Of a stretch of DNA of 64,000 nt, positions 10,775-21,537 are shown in pieces. The stretch is from NCBI GenBank assembly GCA_033763315.1, contig JANRKS010000011.1, positions 128,001-192,000 of the forward strand, given 5' to 3'. The notes under the pieces were generated by a model, which saw nothing but the letters and a program-made list of their open reading frames with translations, was not told the origin of the DNA and ran no database searches. Every line of letters starts with the position of its first letter. Position 1 is the first letter of the stretch. The position numbers were made by a program, and so were the translations under genes. The stretch comes from Deltaproteobacteria bacterium. Its GTDB lineage: Bacteria; Myxococcota_A; Polyangia; Fen-1088.

Positions 10775-11620
10775 TTAGTTGGACTGCGCGAAGGTGTCGC
10801 AGGTGGCGGGGTCGCCCGAAGCCATGCCGCGCTTCAACCAGAAGGCGCGTTGCTCTGATGAACCGTGGGACCACGTTTCCGGTGTCACGCGGCCTTGCCC
10901 TTGCTTTTGCAGACGATCGTCGCCGATGGCGGCGGCCGCCGCCAAGGCCTCTTCCACGTCACCCGTGTCAAGGATGCCACGTTTGTTCGCATGGTAAGCC
11001 CAAACGCCCGCGAAGCAATCGGCTTGCAATTCCAGCTTCACCGAGAGTCCTCCCGCACCTTCTTGCAAGCGGGCAGGGGCTTTGTGAACCTTGTCGCTCG
11101 TGCCAAGCAGGTTTTGAACGTGGTGACCAATCTCGTGCGCAATGACATACGCTTGTGCAAAATCACCCGGCGCCCCTAAACGAGACCGCAAGTCTTCGTA
11201 GAAAGAAAGATCGATGTAAGCCTTGTTGTCCCTGGGACAATAAAACGGCCCCATCTGGCTTTGCCCCACGCCGCAGCCCGATTGCGTGGCACCGCGGAAC
11301 ACCACCAATTTTGAATTGTCGTATCGCCCGGGCAGCAGTTGTCGCCATGTGTTTTCGACGTCGAGGTGCACCGCGCTCACAAACTTTGCCATGCGGTTTT
11401 CTTGGGGTGTTCCCTCGGCTGGTTGTTGGGTGGTTGTGGAGTTCCCTCCCGAGAACAAGTAAGCGCCACCGGCCAAGAGGCCGAACACGGCGATTCCCTT
11501 CCACCCAAACTGCGCGAAGAACGGGAACAAGCCAAAAATTCCGCCGCCACCTTGCCGTAACGGGGCTTCGCCGCGGCGATCTTCAAAATTCGGGTTTTCG
11601 TGGTTTTCGTCCCAACGCAT
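10775..11620 (-). CDS. neutral zinc metallopeptidase (YpfJ family)
   Basis: NFEDRRG N-terminus, GPFYCP, GDFAQAYVIAHEIGHH, ELQADC, IGDD. Confidence 0.92.
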   Translation of the reverse strand: MRWDENHENPNFEDRRGEAPLRQGGGGIFGLFPFFAQFGWKGIAVFGLLAGGAYLFSGGNSTTTQQPAEGTPQENRMAKFVSAVHLDVENTWRQLLPGRYDNSKLVVFRGATQSGCGVGQSQMGPFYCPRDNKAYIDLSFYEDLRSRLGAPGDFAQAYVIAHEIGHHVQNLLGTSDKVHKAPARLQEGAGGLSVKLELQADCFAGVWAYHANKRGILDTGDVEEALAAAAAIGDDRLQKQGQGRVTPETWSHGSSEQRAFWLKRGMASGDPATCDTFAQSN

Positions 11621-11623
11621 GGT

Positions 11624-12022
11624 TCACCAATTGTCGATGCCGCCGAGGGTTTCAACTTTGGTGTAGCCGGCCTCGCGCAGCGTCTTGGCTGCACGGTCGG
11701 CTCTGCGGCCGGAGCGGCAGTAGAGCACCATCGGTTGATCCTTGTTACCCAATTCAGAAGCACGGGCGGGCAGGTCATCAACAGGAATGTTCACGGCGCC
11801 TTCAATGTGGCGCTCGTTGTATTCCTCGGGGCTGCGTACATCCACAAGCTTGGCGCCGCTTTGCACCATCGCGTGTGCCTGCTCCTTGGTCACCGAAGGC
11901 GTAGGCGCGGGATCGGGCGCAGCCACCGCTGTTGACGACGCAGGCGCAGGCGCTGGGGACGAAGCGCACCCCGCCAAACCCAACCCCAACAAACCCAACC
12001 GCAAACCAACCCGTAACAACAT
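11624..12022 (-). CDS. rhodanese-like domain lipoprotein
   Basis: LAGC lipobox; LVDVRSPEEY, HIEGAVNIP, YCRSGRR. Confidence 0.9.
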   Translation of the reverse strand: MLLRVGLRLGLLGLGLAGCASSPAPAPASSTAVAAPDPAPTPSVTKEQAHAMVQSGAKLVDVRSPEEYNERHIEGAVNIPVDDLPARASELGNKDQPMVLYCRSGRRADRAAKTLREAGYTKVETLGGIDNW

Positions 12023-12058
12023 GACGGGAAGGCTAGCAGCCCGAGGCCGTCACGCACG

Positions 12059-12490
12059 CTAGACCAAGCTGAGGCGGCGGCTCCCCATCCAAGCGCGGCA
12101 GAGGCGGGCCGCCCCCAAAAATGCCGCGCACACTCCCAGGCATGCGGCCACCTCGGGGGCTCGCGGGCTGAACAACAGCAGGAAACCTTGGCCTTTGACC
12201 AACGCCGAAAAGCTGGAAACGCAAAACGGCATCATGAAGAAGCGGAACGCCTGCCACCGGTCCACGCGGCTGCCCGCAGGCAGGCCGATGCGGGCGTTCA
12301 AGATCAAAGCGACGCCGATGATCACACTTAACCCAAATGACGTGATCCACAACCGCGGGCTGGAATCGAAATTCCCCGCCACCACCACCAGGTACCACAG
12401 CAGATAACACCACAACACCAACCGGGGCGTGGTGAGTCCCCCCATGTACCGCACCAACGAGCCTGCCATCAACCGTGCCATTGCACGCAA
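12059..12490 (-). CDS. hypothetical integral membrane protein
   Basis: 143-aa ORF with about 4 hydrophobic helices, co-oriented with neighbours. Confidence 0.65.
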   Translation of the reverse strand: MRAMARLMAGSLVRYMGGLTTPRLVLWCYLLWYLVVVAGNFDSSPRLWITSFGLSVIIGVALILNARIGLPAGSRVDRWQAFRFFMMPFCVSSFSALVKGQGFLLLFSPRAPEVAACLGVCAAFLGAARLCRAWMGSRRLSLV

Positions 12491-12506
12491 GGCTATACGA
12501 CGCTGG

Positions 12507-13667
12507 TTAGCGGGAGATGTCGCTGCCGTTCACGGGGCGTAACTCCACCAGCTGGCCTCCCTGCGATGTGGCCGCCAATGTCCCGCAGGCGGCGCCAATG
12601 TCTTTGCCGCCCGAGTAGCGGCGCACCGTAGGAATGCCGTGGGCCGAAAGCACCTCGCGAAACGCGCCGAGCTCGTCTTCCGAAGGCGCGTGGTATTTGC
12701 CTTCGCCGTCGGTGACATCGATCAAGTTAACCTTGATTTTCAGGCCCTCCGTCAGCTTCACCAAGGCGTGCGCCGTGTCCGTTGAAAGGTTCACGCCGCC
12801 CACGGCGACGTACGCGAGTGTGATGCGTTGTTTAGTGCTATCGGCATAGCCACGAATGGCATCGATCAAGACGGGCAGGGGCCAGCGGTTTTCGATCGGC
12901 ATCAACTGCGCGCGCAGATCGTGGGTGGGTGCCCCCAGTGAGAACACCAAGCGGAAGTTGTGCTGCTCTTCCGTGAAGCGTTTGATCATCGGCACCACGC
13001 CGGCTGTGGAAATGGTGATCGCTTTGGCGCCAATCGCGGGTCCGGCCGGATCGCAGAACACCTGGCCGGCGCGGATCACGTTGTCGTAATTCAAAAACGG
13101 CTCGCCCATGCCCATAAACACGATGCCGCGGATGGGCTTAGCGGCTTCGTGCGCGATGAGGCGGTGCTGCGCCAAGATCTCCCAGGTCTCAAGGTTGCGA
13201 ATGCCGCCCAAGCGTCCCGTGGCACAGAAGTCGCAGGCCAAAGCACAGCCCACTTGGCTGCTGACACACAGGGTGTATTTCGACGTGGGCAAAGCCTGCA
13301 AGCCACTGGCTTCGCCACGTTTGCGTTGCTCCTTCAGCTCGCGCGCGTCCTCCGCATCCGGCAGCGGAATGCGCACGGCTTCCACAGTGCGGCCGTCCGT
13401 AAGCTCGAAAAGATACTTCACGAACCCGTCGTCCGATTGGCGACGCTCCACCACTTTGAGATCAGGCCACACGCATTGCTGTTCCAGCGCCTTGCGCGTG
13501 GGCGCTGTGAGACCAGCCAGGTTCTCGAAGTCCCTGCGGCCATCCCGTTGCACGCGGGCGAACACACGCCGCGCCACCATTTCGTTGGCCCCCAAGGGCG
13601 CCAGCGCGGCCACCGTTTCGGCGATGGTCAGGTTGCGGAGGTTCAACCCCGGTGTGTGGCTCTTCAC
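12507..13667 (-). CDS. rlmN: radical SAM RNA methyltransferase, RlmN/Cfr family
   Basis: TLCVSSQVGCALACDFC, MGMGEP and C-terminal DIGAACG (both catalytic Cys present); may be a paralogue rather than the main rlmN. Confidence 0.85.
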   Translation of the reverse strand: MKSHTPGLNLRNLTIAETVAALAPLGANEMVARRVFARVQRDGRRDFENLAGLTAPTRKALEQQCVWPDLKVVERRQSDDGFVKYLFELTDGRTVEAVRIPLPDAEDARELKEQRKRGEASGLQALPTSKYTLCVSSQVGCALACDFCATGRLGGIRNLETWEILAQHRLIAHEAAKPIRGIVFMGMGEPFLNYDNVIRAGQVFCDPAGPAIGAKAITISTAGVVPMIKRFTEEQHNFRLVFSLGAPTHDLRAQLMPIENRWPLPVLIDAIRGYADSTKQRITLAYVAVGGVNLSTDTAHALVKLTEGLKIKVNLIDVTDGEGKYHAPSEDELGAFREVLSAHGIPTVRRYSGGKDIGAACGTLAATSQGGQLVELRPVNGSDISR

Positions 13668-13710
13668 GCCCCAAAGCTAGCGTTCTTCGGGGCTAGCACA
13701 ACCGCAAAGT

Positions 13711-14286
13711 TTAGTGCACCCGACAGCCCGAACCCAGCGCCTGCAGCACCGCGCCTTCTTTGCTGGCCAGCACCTCCAAGCGGGCCTGCACGGCAGGTGC
13801 GTCATCGAAGATGCATGCCAGATCCACGAAGATTTCGGCGTGCCGCTCTTCGGCGTTGGCGAGCACGTCGTAAAACTCGGCCAAACGCTGCTGGTCCCGC
13901 TCCCGGAAACCTGCGGCCAACAATCGCAAGCGCTCGTGTGAGCGCGCCTCGATCAGGGCGCCACACAACAACAAATCCGTTCGCCGGTGTGGCTCATCGC
14001 CACGCGCTTCGGCCAGCAACTGCCGCGTGTAGGCGTTGGCCATATCCCCGCGCGGCGTGATTTTCAGGTCCGCCAACAGCAGCGTCACTTGCACCACGTG
14101 GCTTGTTTCTTCGTGCGCCAAACGCGATAGCGTCTCAACAAAGCGGTGGTTGTGCGGGTAGCGCCGCACCAACGACAACGCGTTCTCGGCCGCCTTGCGT
14201 TCGCAGTGCAGGTGGTCCGATAGCAACGCACCCAAGTCTTTGGTGCATTCGTCGAACCACGTGTTTGGTGTTTGCCACTTCAGCAT
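13711..14286 (-). CDS. miaE: tRNA-(ms2io6A) hydroxylase
   Basis: Di-iron ferritin-like motifs DHLHCERKAA, EETSH, LIEARSHER, EERH. ATG 14286 chosen because the track start overlaps the upstream terminator. Confidence 0.85.
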   Translation of the reverse strand: MLKWQTPNTWFDECTKDLGALLSDHLHCERKAAENALSLVRRYPHNHRFVETLSRLAHEETSHVVQVTLLLADLKITPRGDMANAYTRQLLAEARGDEPHRRTDLLLCGALIEARSHERLRLLAAGFRERDQQRLAEFYDVLANAEERHAEIFVDLACIFDDAPAVQARLEVLASKEGAVLQALGSGCRVH

Positions 14287-14289
14287 CTT

Positions 14290-14330
14290 GAAAAAATACA
14301 AACGGCCGCCGCGAGAAGCTCGGGCGGCCG
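14290..14330 (-). terminator. intrinsic terminator after acnA
   Basis: Minus strand reads CGGCCGCC-cgagcttctcgc-GGCGGCCG followed by TTTGTATTTTTT. Confidence 0.7.
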
Positions 14331-14351
14331 CGGGTGACAGTGTCTTCTTGG

Positions 14352-17030
14352 TTAAGCCGCGTCCTTGAGCATGCGGCGCAAAACGTAAAGCAGAATGCCG
14401 CCGTGGCGGAAATACTGCGCCTCTTGCGGCGTATCAATGCGCAGCTTCGCTTTGAAGCTGCCCTTGCTGCCATCGGGCTTCGTGTAATTCACCGTGAGGC
14501 CGCGCCACGTGGTGAAGTCATCCAGGACCTCGGGCAGGCCCTGCGTTTCGAGCACCTCTTCGCCGGTGAGGCCCAACGATGCGGCGCTTTGCTCGGGCAA
14601 GAACTCGAGCGGCAACACGCCCATGCCGATCAGATTCGAGCGGTGGATGCGTTCATAGCTTTCCGCGATGACGGCCCGCACGCCCAACAAGTTGGTGCCT
14701 TTGGCCGCCCAGTCACGCGATGAACCGGTGCCGTATTCTTTGCCTGCCAGAATGAACAACGGGGTGTTCGTGGCTTTGTATTTCACGGCCGCGTCGTAGA
14801 TCGGCATCACCTCATTGGTGGGCAGATATCGCGTGACGCCGCCCTCTGTGCCGGGCGCCAGCATGTTGCGGATGCGCACGTTCGCGAAGGTGCCGCGCAC
14901 CATCACCTCGTCGTTGCCGCGGCGTGCGCCGTAGGAGTTAAAGTCAACCGCGCCCACACCGTGGCTGAGCAAGTAAGCGCCGGCGGGGCTGTCTTTCTTG
15001 ATGTTGCCTGCCGGTGAGATGTGGTCGGTGGTGACGCTGTCTCCCATCACGGCCAACGTGCGGGCGCCCGTCACGTCAGACACGGGGCCGGGCTCAGGCG
15101 CCATGTTGTCGAAGAACGGTGGGTTGCGTACGTAGGTGGAGGCTGCGTCCCACGCGTACGTGGCTCCCGTTGGCACCTGCAAGCCACGCCAAGCGGCGTC
15201 GCCGTCGAACACGCGGCCGTATGCGCCCAGGAACATCTCGCGGGTGATGCTCTTTGCCACCACGGCTGCAACTTCGGCTTGGGAGGGCCAGATGTCAGCC
15301 AGGTACACGGGCTTGCCGTCTTTGCCCGTGTCGATGGGATCCTTGCTCAGATCGATGTCCACGCGGCCCGCCAAGGCCAAGGCCACCACCAACGGTGGGG
15401 ACATCAGGTAATTGGCGCGCACTTCAGGATGCACGCGGCCTTCGAAGTTGCGGTTGCCCGAAAGCACCGAGGCCACCACCAGGTTGCGGCCGTTGATCGC
15501 TTGCGACACCGAAGCCGGCAGGGGACCTGAGTTGCCGATGCATGTGGTGCAGCCGTAAGCCGCCACATGAAAGCGCAGCTGTTCAAGGTAGGGCAACAAA
15601 CCGGCGTCTTGCAGATAAGCGGTCACCACTTGGCTGCCGGGGGCCAAAGATGTTTTCACCCAAGGCTTGCTGGTGAGGCCCTTTTCAACAGCCTTCTTCG
15701 CCAACAACCCAGCGGCCACAAGCACGTAGGGGTTCGAGGTGTTCGTGCAGCTTGTGATCGCCGCGATGACGATGCTGCCATTTTTCACATCGGGCTCCAC
15801 CGATGCGGCTTCCGCGTCAGGTTCGCCTTTTTGCGCCTTCGTCAACGACGGCACGGCCGCTTCGAACGACTTGCCCAAATCGGAAAGCTTGATGCGATCT
15901 TGCGGACGCTTGGGGCCTGCCACCGAAGGCTCGATCTTCGAAAGATCCAAGTCCATCACGTGCGAATAAGACGCCTCAGGCGCGTCGGGCTCGGCCCACA
16001 TGCCTTGCTCGCGGCAATACGTTTCAACCAAAGCGATCTGTTCTTCCGAACGGCCGGTCAAGCGCAGGTAGCGCAGCGTTTCGGCATCAACAGGGAAGAT
16101 GCCGCAGGTGGCGCCGTATTCGGGGGCCATGTTGGCCAGCGTGGTGCGATCGGCCAGCGGCAAGCCTGCCAAGCCGGGACCGAAGAATTCAACGAACTTG
16201 CCCACGACGCCCAGCTTGCGCAGGCCTTCTGTGACGGTGAGCACCAGATCGGTGGCGGTGGTGCCGGCGGGCAGCGTGTTCTTCACGCGCACACCCACGA
16301 CCTGCGGGATCAACATGGGGCTTGGTTGGCCCAACATCGCGGCTTCCGCCTCAATGCCGCCCACGCCCCAGCCCAACACGCCCATACCATTGACCATGGT
16401 GGTGTGCGAGTCCGTGCCGAAGCAGGTATCGGGATAGGCCTGTCCTTGCTCGTTGGCGAACACCACGCGCGCCAAGTACTCGATGTTCACCTGGTGCACG
16501 ATGCCCGTGTCGGGCGGCACCACTTTGAAGTTGTTGAAGGCGTTTTGCCCCCAACGCAGAAACGAATAACGTTCTTTGTTGCGCGAAAATTCAATCTGGT
16601 TGTTCAGCGAAAGCGCGCCGGCGTGCCCCGACTCGTCGATTTGCACCGAGTGGTCGATCACCAGCTCAGCCGGCAGCAGCGGGTTCACCTTGTTGGGATC
16701 GCCACCCATGCGCACCATCGCGTCGCGCATGGCCGCCAAATCCACCACGGCGGGAACGCCGGTGAAGTCCTGCAGAATCACGCGCGCGGGCGTGAACGGA
16801 ATTTCGACGCTGGGCTCGGCCTTCGGATCCCATTTTGCCATCGCTTCGATGTGCGCGCGGGTCACCGCAACGCCGTCTTCAAGCCGCAAAAGGTTCTCGA
16901 GCAGAACGCGGTGGGCGAAGGGCAGGTGGCCGATTTTGAAGCCTGCCGCTTCGACGGCGGAGAGGCGGAAGATCTCGTAGGTCTTGGCACCCACGGACAA
17001 GGACGAACGGGCTTTGAAGCTGTCGGACAT
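14352..17030 (-). CDS. acnA: aconitate hydratase A
   Basis: [59 protein letters not shown]. Confidence 0.97.
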   Translation of the reverse strand: MSDSFKARSSLSVGAKTYEIFRLSAVEAAGFKIGHLPFAHRVLLENLLRLEDGVAVTRAHIEAMAKWDPKAEPSVEIPFTPARVILQDFTGVPAVVDLAAMRDAMVRMGGDPNKVNPLLPAELVIDHSVQIDESGHAGALSLNNQIEFSRNKERYSFLRWGQNAFNNFKVVPPDTGIVHQVNIEYLARVVFANEQGQAYPDTCFGTDSHTTMVNGMGVLGWGVGGIEAEAAMLGQPSPMLIPQVVGVRVKNTLPAGTTATDLVLTVTEGLRKLGVVGKFVEFFGPGLAGLPLADRTTLANMAPEYGATCGIFPVDAETLRYLRLTGRSEEQIALVETYCREQGMWAEPDAPEASYSHVMDLDLSKIEPSVAGPKRPQDRIKLSDLGKSFEAAVPSLTKAQKGEPDAEAASVEPDVKNGSIVIAAITSCTNTSNPYVLVAAGLLAKKAVEKGLTSKPWVKTSLAPGSQVVTAYLQDAGLLPYLEQLRFHVAAYGCTTCIGNSGPLPASVSQAINGRNLVVASVLSGNRNFEGRVHPEVRANYLMSPPLVVALALAGRVDIDLSKDPIDTGKDGKPVYLADIWPSQAEVAAVVAKSITREMFLGAYGRVFDGDAAWRGLQVPTGATYAWDAASTYVRNPPFFDNMAPEPGPVSDVTGARTLAVMGDSVTTDHISPAGNIKKDSPAGAYLLSHGVGAVDFNSYGARRGNDEVMVRGTFANVRIRNMLAPGTEGGVTRYLPTNEVMPIYDAAVKYKATNTPLFILAGKEYGTGSSRDWAAKGTNLLGVRAVIAESYERIHRSNLIGMGVLPLEFLPEQSAASLGLTGEEVLETQGLPEVLDDFTTWRGLTVNYTKPDGSKGSFKAKLRIDTPQEAQYFRHGGILLYVLRRMLKDAA

Positions 17031-17156
17031 GGGCAGCGGTTCTAGCACGATGCGCCCCAAAACCGATCCGGAATCCCCACTGAATTTTGATACAATTCAG
17101 ATGTTTCGGGCGTCTTTCCCAGAGCTTTCGTGGCGGCGTTGCAGAGGCCACAGGCG

Positions 17157-17852
17157 CTATGGCCAGCGACGATAGGGCGGCTTGGGTTTAACCACTTCTC
17201 CGTGGAAGAAGGCCTTGGCCAAGTGGCGGCCGATCGGGGCCACGTCCATGTTGCGTGCCACAGCGCCCGCCACCCCCAAGACGCTCAAAATCGCCGCTCC
17301 GGTGCCCACCGCCCAAGGCAGAAATTGATTGCGACGCAGGTTGCCCGGCACCTTCACCGTGACGTCGGTGAGGGCGTATTCAGGCGGGGCCGAACGAAAG
17401 GGGCCCGCCGCCGCCGCGCCCACCAGGGCCCCCGACACTTCAAGCCTAGCGCCCACGGGAATCACCACCTCTTCCACAGTGAGTTGCCCCGTCAAGCCAA
17501 ACGCGGTGGCTACCGCTTTTGCAGCCACAGAATCTGGGCGATGCAAGATGGCCAGGGCGTCAATGCGGGCTTCACGTCCATTGATGCGCAACGGGCCTGA
17601 CAGCCGCGGGGGCAATCCGGAATCCAACGGCACTTGCAGCTCAAACGCTTCGTCCGAACAAACGTCGTGAACGAACACGGTGGGGGCGATGGTTTCGGTG
17701 ACGCGAAGCCGCCAGTACACGCACGCTGTGCCCGAGGCGGGTGACCGCAACATCGACGTTGCGGCGGCGGCGGTGCCCTCAAGATTTTGCCATGTGGACG
17801 CGGGTTGCAGGTCCTGCAGTGGCTCTTGATGCGGCACCATCGCTTTGGTCAT
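17157..17852 (-). CDS. hypothetical membrane protein, GIDE-like pattern
   Basis: LRSPASGTACVYWRL and EEVVIPVGARLEVSG segments, C-terminal TM; 4-bp overlap with the upstream regulator. Confidence 0.55.
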   Translation of the reverse strand: MTKAMVPHQEPLQDLQPASTWQNLEGTAAAATSMLRSPASGTACVYWRLRVTETIAPTVFVHDVCSDEAFELQVPLDSGLPPRLSGPLRINGREARIDALAILHRPDSVAAKAVATAFGLTGQLTVEEVVIPVGARLEVSGALVGAAAAGPFRSAPPEYALTDVTVKVPGNLRRNQFLPWAVGTGAAILSVLGVAGAVARNMDVAPIGRHLAKAFFHGEVVKPKPPYRRWP

Positions 17853-19282
17853 TCGTTGTCCTCTTCGCTTTCCCGGGGCAACTGGCCCTGTGCGTATTCA
17901 TCAAGCTTGCGGTACAGTGTGCGGCGATCCAAGCCCAGCCTTTGTGCGGCACGCGTTTTGTTGCCGCCTTCGGCTTCCAAGACGCGTTCGATGTATTGGC
18001 GCTCAAGTTCGTCCAGCGTCAGCCCTTGCGCCAACGCCGTGTCCAACCGCCCGCCCGTGCGCCGGCCGCGGAAGCTGGTGGGCAGATCCACAAGGCCGAT
18101 CATCGGCCCGCGCGACAGCGCCACCGCGCGCTCAACAATGTTTTCCAACTCGCGTACGTTGCCTGGGAACTCATACGAGGCCAGCAACTTGCGCACGTCT
18201 TCATCAAACCCACGCGCGCTTTTGCCGGTGCGCTGAGCCGCGCGGCCCAAGAAATGTTCAGCCAACGGCAGCACATCTTCGGAACGCTCGCGCAAAGCCG
18301 GAATGCGCATCTCCACCACGTTTAGCCGGTAATAAAGATCTTCGCGAAAGCGGCCGTCACGCAGCAGGTTCTCAACGTCCCGGTTGGTGGCGGCGATCAC
18401 GCGAACGTCTACCGCCACTGAACGGCTGCCGCCCACGGCCCGCACCTCGCGCTCTTGCAGCGCCCGCAGCAATTTCGGTTGCACGGCGGGTGGCAATTCA
18501 CCCACCTCATCCAAAAACAGCGTCCCCCCTTCGGCCTCCACGAACAGCCCTGTTCGATCGGCGTGCGCGTCAGTGAAGGCGCCGCGCTTGTGGCCAAACA
18601 GCTCGCTTTCGATCAGGTTCTCAGGAATGGCCGCGCAATTGACGGCCACAAAGGGCTTGTCTTTGCGGGGGCTGCTGTGGTGAAGCGCCCGCGCCACCAG
18701 TTCTTTGCCTGTGCCCGATTCGCCCGTGATCAACACGCTGACGGCGGAATCCTCCAAGCGACGGATGAGCTCAAAAAGCTCCTTCATCGGCTTCGATCGC
18801 CCAATGAGACTGGCACCCTTAGGCTCGCCGCGGCCCGTGGGCAAGGTGTCCGCCGGTGCGCCACGCTCAAGCAACGCCTTGTCGATCGTGCTTAGCAATT
18901 CAGGCAGCGCAAACGGCTTTGTGATGTAGTCGAAGGCGCCCAGCTTCACCGCGCGAATGGCGGTGTCGATCGAGCCAAAGGCCGTGATCGTGATGACCTG
19001 CGGCCGTGGGTTTTGCGCTTGGATCTCGCGCAACAGATCTAGGCCGTCGAGATCGGGCATCTTCACATCGGAGACCACCACGTCGATGTCCCCGCGCGCC
19101 AGGCGGCTCAAAGCGGCGCGACCGCCCCTCGCCACGTCGACTGTGAAGCCTTCGTCTTCCAGCTCCTCCCGCAGCAGGTCGCACATGGCGGGGTCGTCAT
19201 CCACCACCAAGAGCCGGGCCCGCTGCCGAGCGGCCGCCGCGCGCGCAGCGGCTGGATCGCCCGGGGCTGTTTGCAGCGACAT
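17849..19282 (-). CDS. sigma-54-dependent response regulator (NtrC family)
   Basis: Receiver domain (VVDDD, SDVKMP), AAA+ GESGTGKE, GAFTDA, RFREDLYYRL, Fis-type HTH. Confidence 0.95.
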   Translation of the reverse strand: MSLQTAPGDPAAARAAAARQRARLLVVDDDPAMCDLLREELEDEGFTVDVARGGRAALSRLARGDIDVVVSDVKMPDLDGLDLLREIQAQNPRPQVITITAFGSIDTAIRAVKLGAFDYITKPFALPELLSTIDKALLERGAPADTLPTGRGEPKGASLIGRSKPMKELFELIRRLEDSAVSVLITGESGTGKELVARALHHSSPRKDKPFVAVNCAAIPENLIESELFGHKRGAFTDAHADRTGLFVEAEGGTLFLDEVGELPPAVQPKLLRALQEREVRAVGGSRSVAVDVRVIAATNRDVENLLRDGRFREDLYYRLNVVEMRIPALRERSEDVLPLAEHFLGRAAQRTGKSARGFDEDVRKLLASYEFPGNVRELENIVERAVALSRGPMIGLVDLPTSFRGRRTGGRLDTALAQGLTLDELERQYIERVLEAEGGNKTRAAQRLGLDRRTLYRKLDEYAQGQLPRESEEDNE

Positions 19283-19285
19283 ACC

Positions 19286-20809
19286 CTATTGATCCTTGCT
19301 GATCGGCGCAGATGTCGCAAGGGCCTGCACGCCAGAAGGATCAGACAAAACCGGCAAAAACACGCGGAAGGCCGCGCCGCCTTGGGGTGGATCTCCCACT
19401 TCTATCCACCCGTCGTGGTCTTTCACGATGCCCAGGCTGACGGCCAAACCCAATCCTGTGCCTTGCCCGGTGTCTTTCGTCGTGAAGAATGGCTCGAACA
19501 CTTGGTCGCGCAAGTGCGGCGGAACGCCAGGTCCCGTGTCGCGGATCTCCAATAACAAAAACTCGGCCGGCGCCGCCAAGGCCAAGCCTTCCTTGCGTCG
19601 AACGATGCGTTCGATGCAAACAGTGAGCTGGCCGCCCTCGGGCATGGCCTGAATGGCGTTGTTCAGCAGGTTCAAGCACACTTGTTGAATCTCGGCGGGA
19701 TCCCCGGGAATGGGCGGAACATCGGCCGTGACCTCTAAGTGGGTAACGATGCTGTGCCGGGCAAGCGCCTCTTCAACAAACGTGAGCGACTCCCGCACCA
19801 CGGCGGGCACATCCACCTCTGTGAGGGTGGGGCGGCTCTTGCGCGAGAAATTCAGCATCTGCCGAATGATGCGGGTGATGCGCTCCACTTGGTCGGAGAT
19901 GATCTCCGCGTTCTTGTGCACTTCGTTCGGATCGGCGGCTTTTTTGTCCAAGGCGCGCGCGCGGCCACCGATCACGCTCAGCGGGGTGCCGAGCTCGTGC
20001 GCGATTTGCGCGGCCATTTGCCCCATCGTGGCCAGCTTCTCGGAATGGCGCAGCCGCCCTTCAAGCTGAGATCGGGCGCCCGTGGCGCGCTCTTGCTCGG
20101 CCTTGGCCTCGCGCAAGGAGTCCGTCATCGCATTGAACCGCGCCGCCAGAACGCCGATCTCGTCGTCCCGTTGCGGCAGCAAGGCGCGCGTTAAATCACC
20201 TTGGGCCACGCCCTCAATGGCGTCGTTCAACCGGCGTAGGGGGCGCACCACGCCGCCCCGCAAAAGTAACAGCATGATGGTGCCAAACCCAGCCACCCCC
20301 GAAACCAACCAAGGCAACGCCTTTTTGAGACTTTGCACCACCGATTCGTCGATGTCGGCGGTGGAGCGCCGGAAACCCAACACGGCCAGCACCTTGCCCG
20401 ATTCGGATTTCGGGCCGTCGCGCAGGGGCACCGCCATGGCGAAGAACGACGGCCGGTGGGGGGGCGAGAAGAACCAGCCCACAGGCTCCTGATCGATCTG
20501 CGACGCTTCGATGAGTTGGCTCCAACCTTCGTCGTCCACCTTCTGAGGCGTGACCCATACGAGATCCAGTTGCAGGGGCGCCAGCGCGTTTTGCAAACTC
20601 GCCGTGCGCGCGCCCAAGACGTCTTTGACGGTGGCGGCGTTGACGGGTTCAAGCGCCACCTGCAGGGCTTTGCCCACACGTTGGGCGTGTTGCTTGAGGT
20701 CGTCCTCCAGATCGCCGCGCCTCAGACGCATGAACGACCACACGGAGATCGCCAGCGTGGCCCCCATGAGCAATGTGGTGATTAGCGCCAGCCGCGGTCC
20801 AAGCTTCAC
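19286..20809 (-). CDS. HAMP-domain sensor histidine kinase
   Basis: Two TMs, HAMP, H-box AHELGTPL, NLLNNA, DTGPG, FFTTK, GTGLGL. GTG 20809 preferred because the track start overlaps bolA. Confidence 0.92.
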   Translation of the reverse strand: MKLGPRLALITTLLMGATLAISVWSFMRLRRGDLEDDLKQHAQRVGKALQVALEPVNAATVKDVLGARTASLQNALAPLQLDLVWVTPQKVDDEGWSQLIEASQIDQEPVGWFFSPPHRPSFFAMAVPLRDGPKSESGKVLAVLGFRRSTADIDESVVQSLKKALPWLVSGVAGFGTIMLLLLRGGVVRPLRRLNDAIEGVAQGDLTRALLPQRDDEIGVLAARFNAMTDSLREAKAEQERATGARSQLEGRLRHSEKLATMGQMAAQIAHELGTPLSVIGGRARALDKKAADPNEVHKNAEIISDQVERITRIIRQMLNFSRKSRPTLTEVDVPAVVRESLTFVEEALARHSIVTHLEVTADVPPIPGDPAEIQQVCLNLLNNAIQAMPEGGQLTVCIERIVRRKEGLALAAPAEFLLLEIRDTGPGVPPHLRDQVFEPFFTTKDTGQGTGLGLAVSLGIVKDHDGWIEVGDPPQGGAAFRVFLPVLSDPSGVQALATSAPISKDQ

Positions 20810-20915
20810 GTTTGCCACCCATTGTAGTGCAAGCGTTGGCCAACCACTACGCGCGTGTCGGCGGTTGACGCGGCCGTGATTCGATGGCGGCTGCCTGCTA
20901 TAGGCAGGGGTGGCA

Positions 20916-21155
20916 ATGAGCACAACGGAATTAGAGCGCAGGCTGGCGGCCGCTTTTCCCGGAGCGCGGGTCAAAGTTCAAGACCTGACCGGGACCAGCG
21001 ATCACTTCGCGGCCACGATTGTGGCCGAAGCGTTTGCAGGTAAGTTGCCCTTGGCCCGTCACCGCATGGTGTACGCGGCTTTGGGCGAATCAATGAAACA
21101 AGAAATCCACGCCTTGACGCTAACCACGTTGGCTCCCGGCGAAACCAACGCGTAG
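20916..21155 (+). CDS. BolA family protein
   Basis: DHFAATIVAEAFAGK..LARHRMVYAAL...IHAL. Confidence 0.9.
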   Translation: MSTTELERRLAAAFPGARVKVQDLTGTSDHFAATIVAEAFAGKLPLARHRMVYAALGESMKQEIHALTLTTLAPGETNA

Positions 21156-21186
21156 TTCAAGCATCTTTTGTCGAAGGAACCACCCC

Positions 21187-21516
21187 ATGAGCACCTTGCC
21201 TCCCGATCTCACCAAGCGCCTCGAAGACACCATCAAAAAAGAACGCGTCATGTTGTTCATGAAGGGTAACCCCTCCATGCCTCAATGTGGCTTCTCTGCC
21301 GCTGTGGTGGCCGTTCTTAAAGAGGTGGGCGTGCCCTTTGGAACGTTCAACATCCTCTCGGATCAGGACGTGCGTGAGGGCCTGAAGATCTACTCGAATT
21401 GGCCCACGTTCCCCCAGCTCTACGTCGATGGCGAACTGGTGGGCGGCTGCGACATCGTGCGTGACATGCACGCCAAGGGTCAGCTCGCGCCGCTGCTCAA
21501 GGCCCAGCAAAGCTAA
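21187..21516 (+). CDS. grxD: monothiol glutaredoxin Grx4
   Basis: LFMKG..PQCGFS, WPTFPQLY, GGCD. Confidence 0.95.
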   Translation: MSTLPPDLTKRLEDTIKKERVMLFMKGNPSMPQCGFSAAVVAVLKEVGVPFGTFNILSDQDVREGLKIYSNWPTFPQLYVDGELVGGCDIVRDMHAKGQLAPLLKAQQS

Positions 21517-21537
21517 AGCCTAAGCCGAACCAACGGA

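Noticed and set aside
11970-12015. C/A-rich low-complexity tract
   Set aside because: Encodes the Gly/Leu-rich signal peptide of the rhodanese lipoprotein.
15567-17045. 492-aa plus-strand ORF
   Set aside because: Antisense to acnA; expected in high-GC coding DNA.
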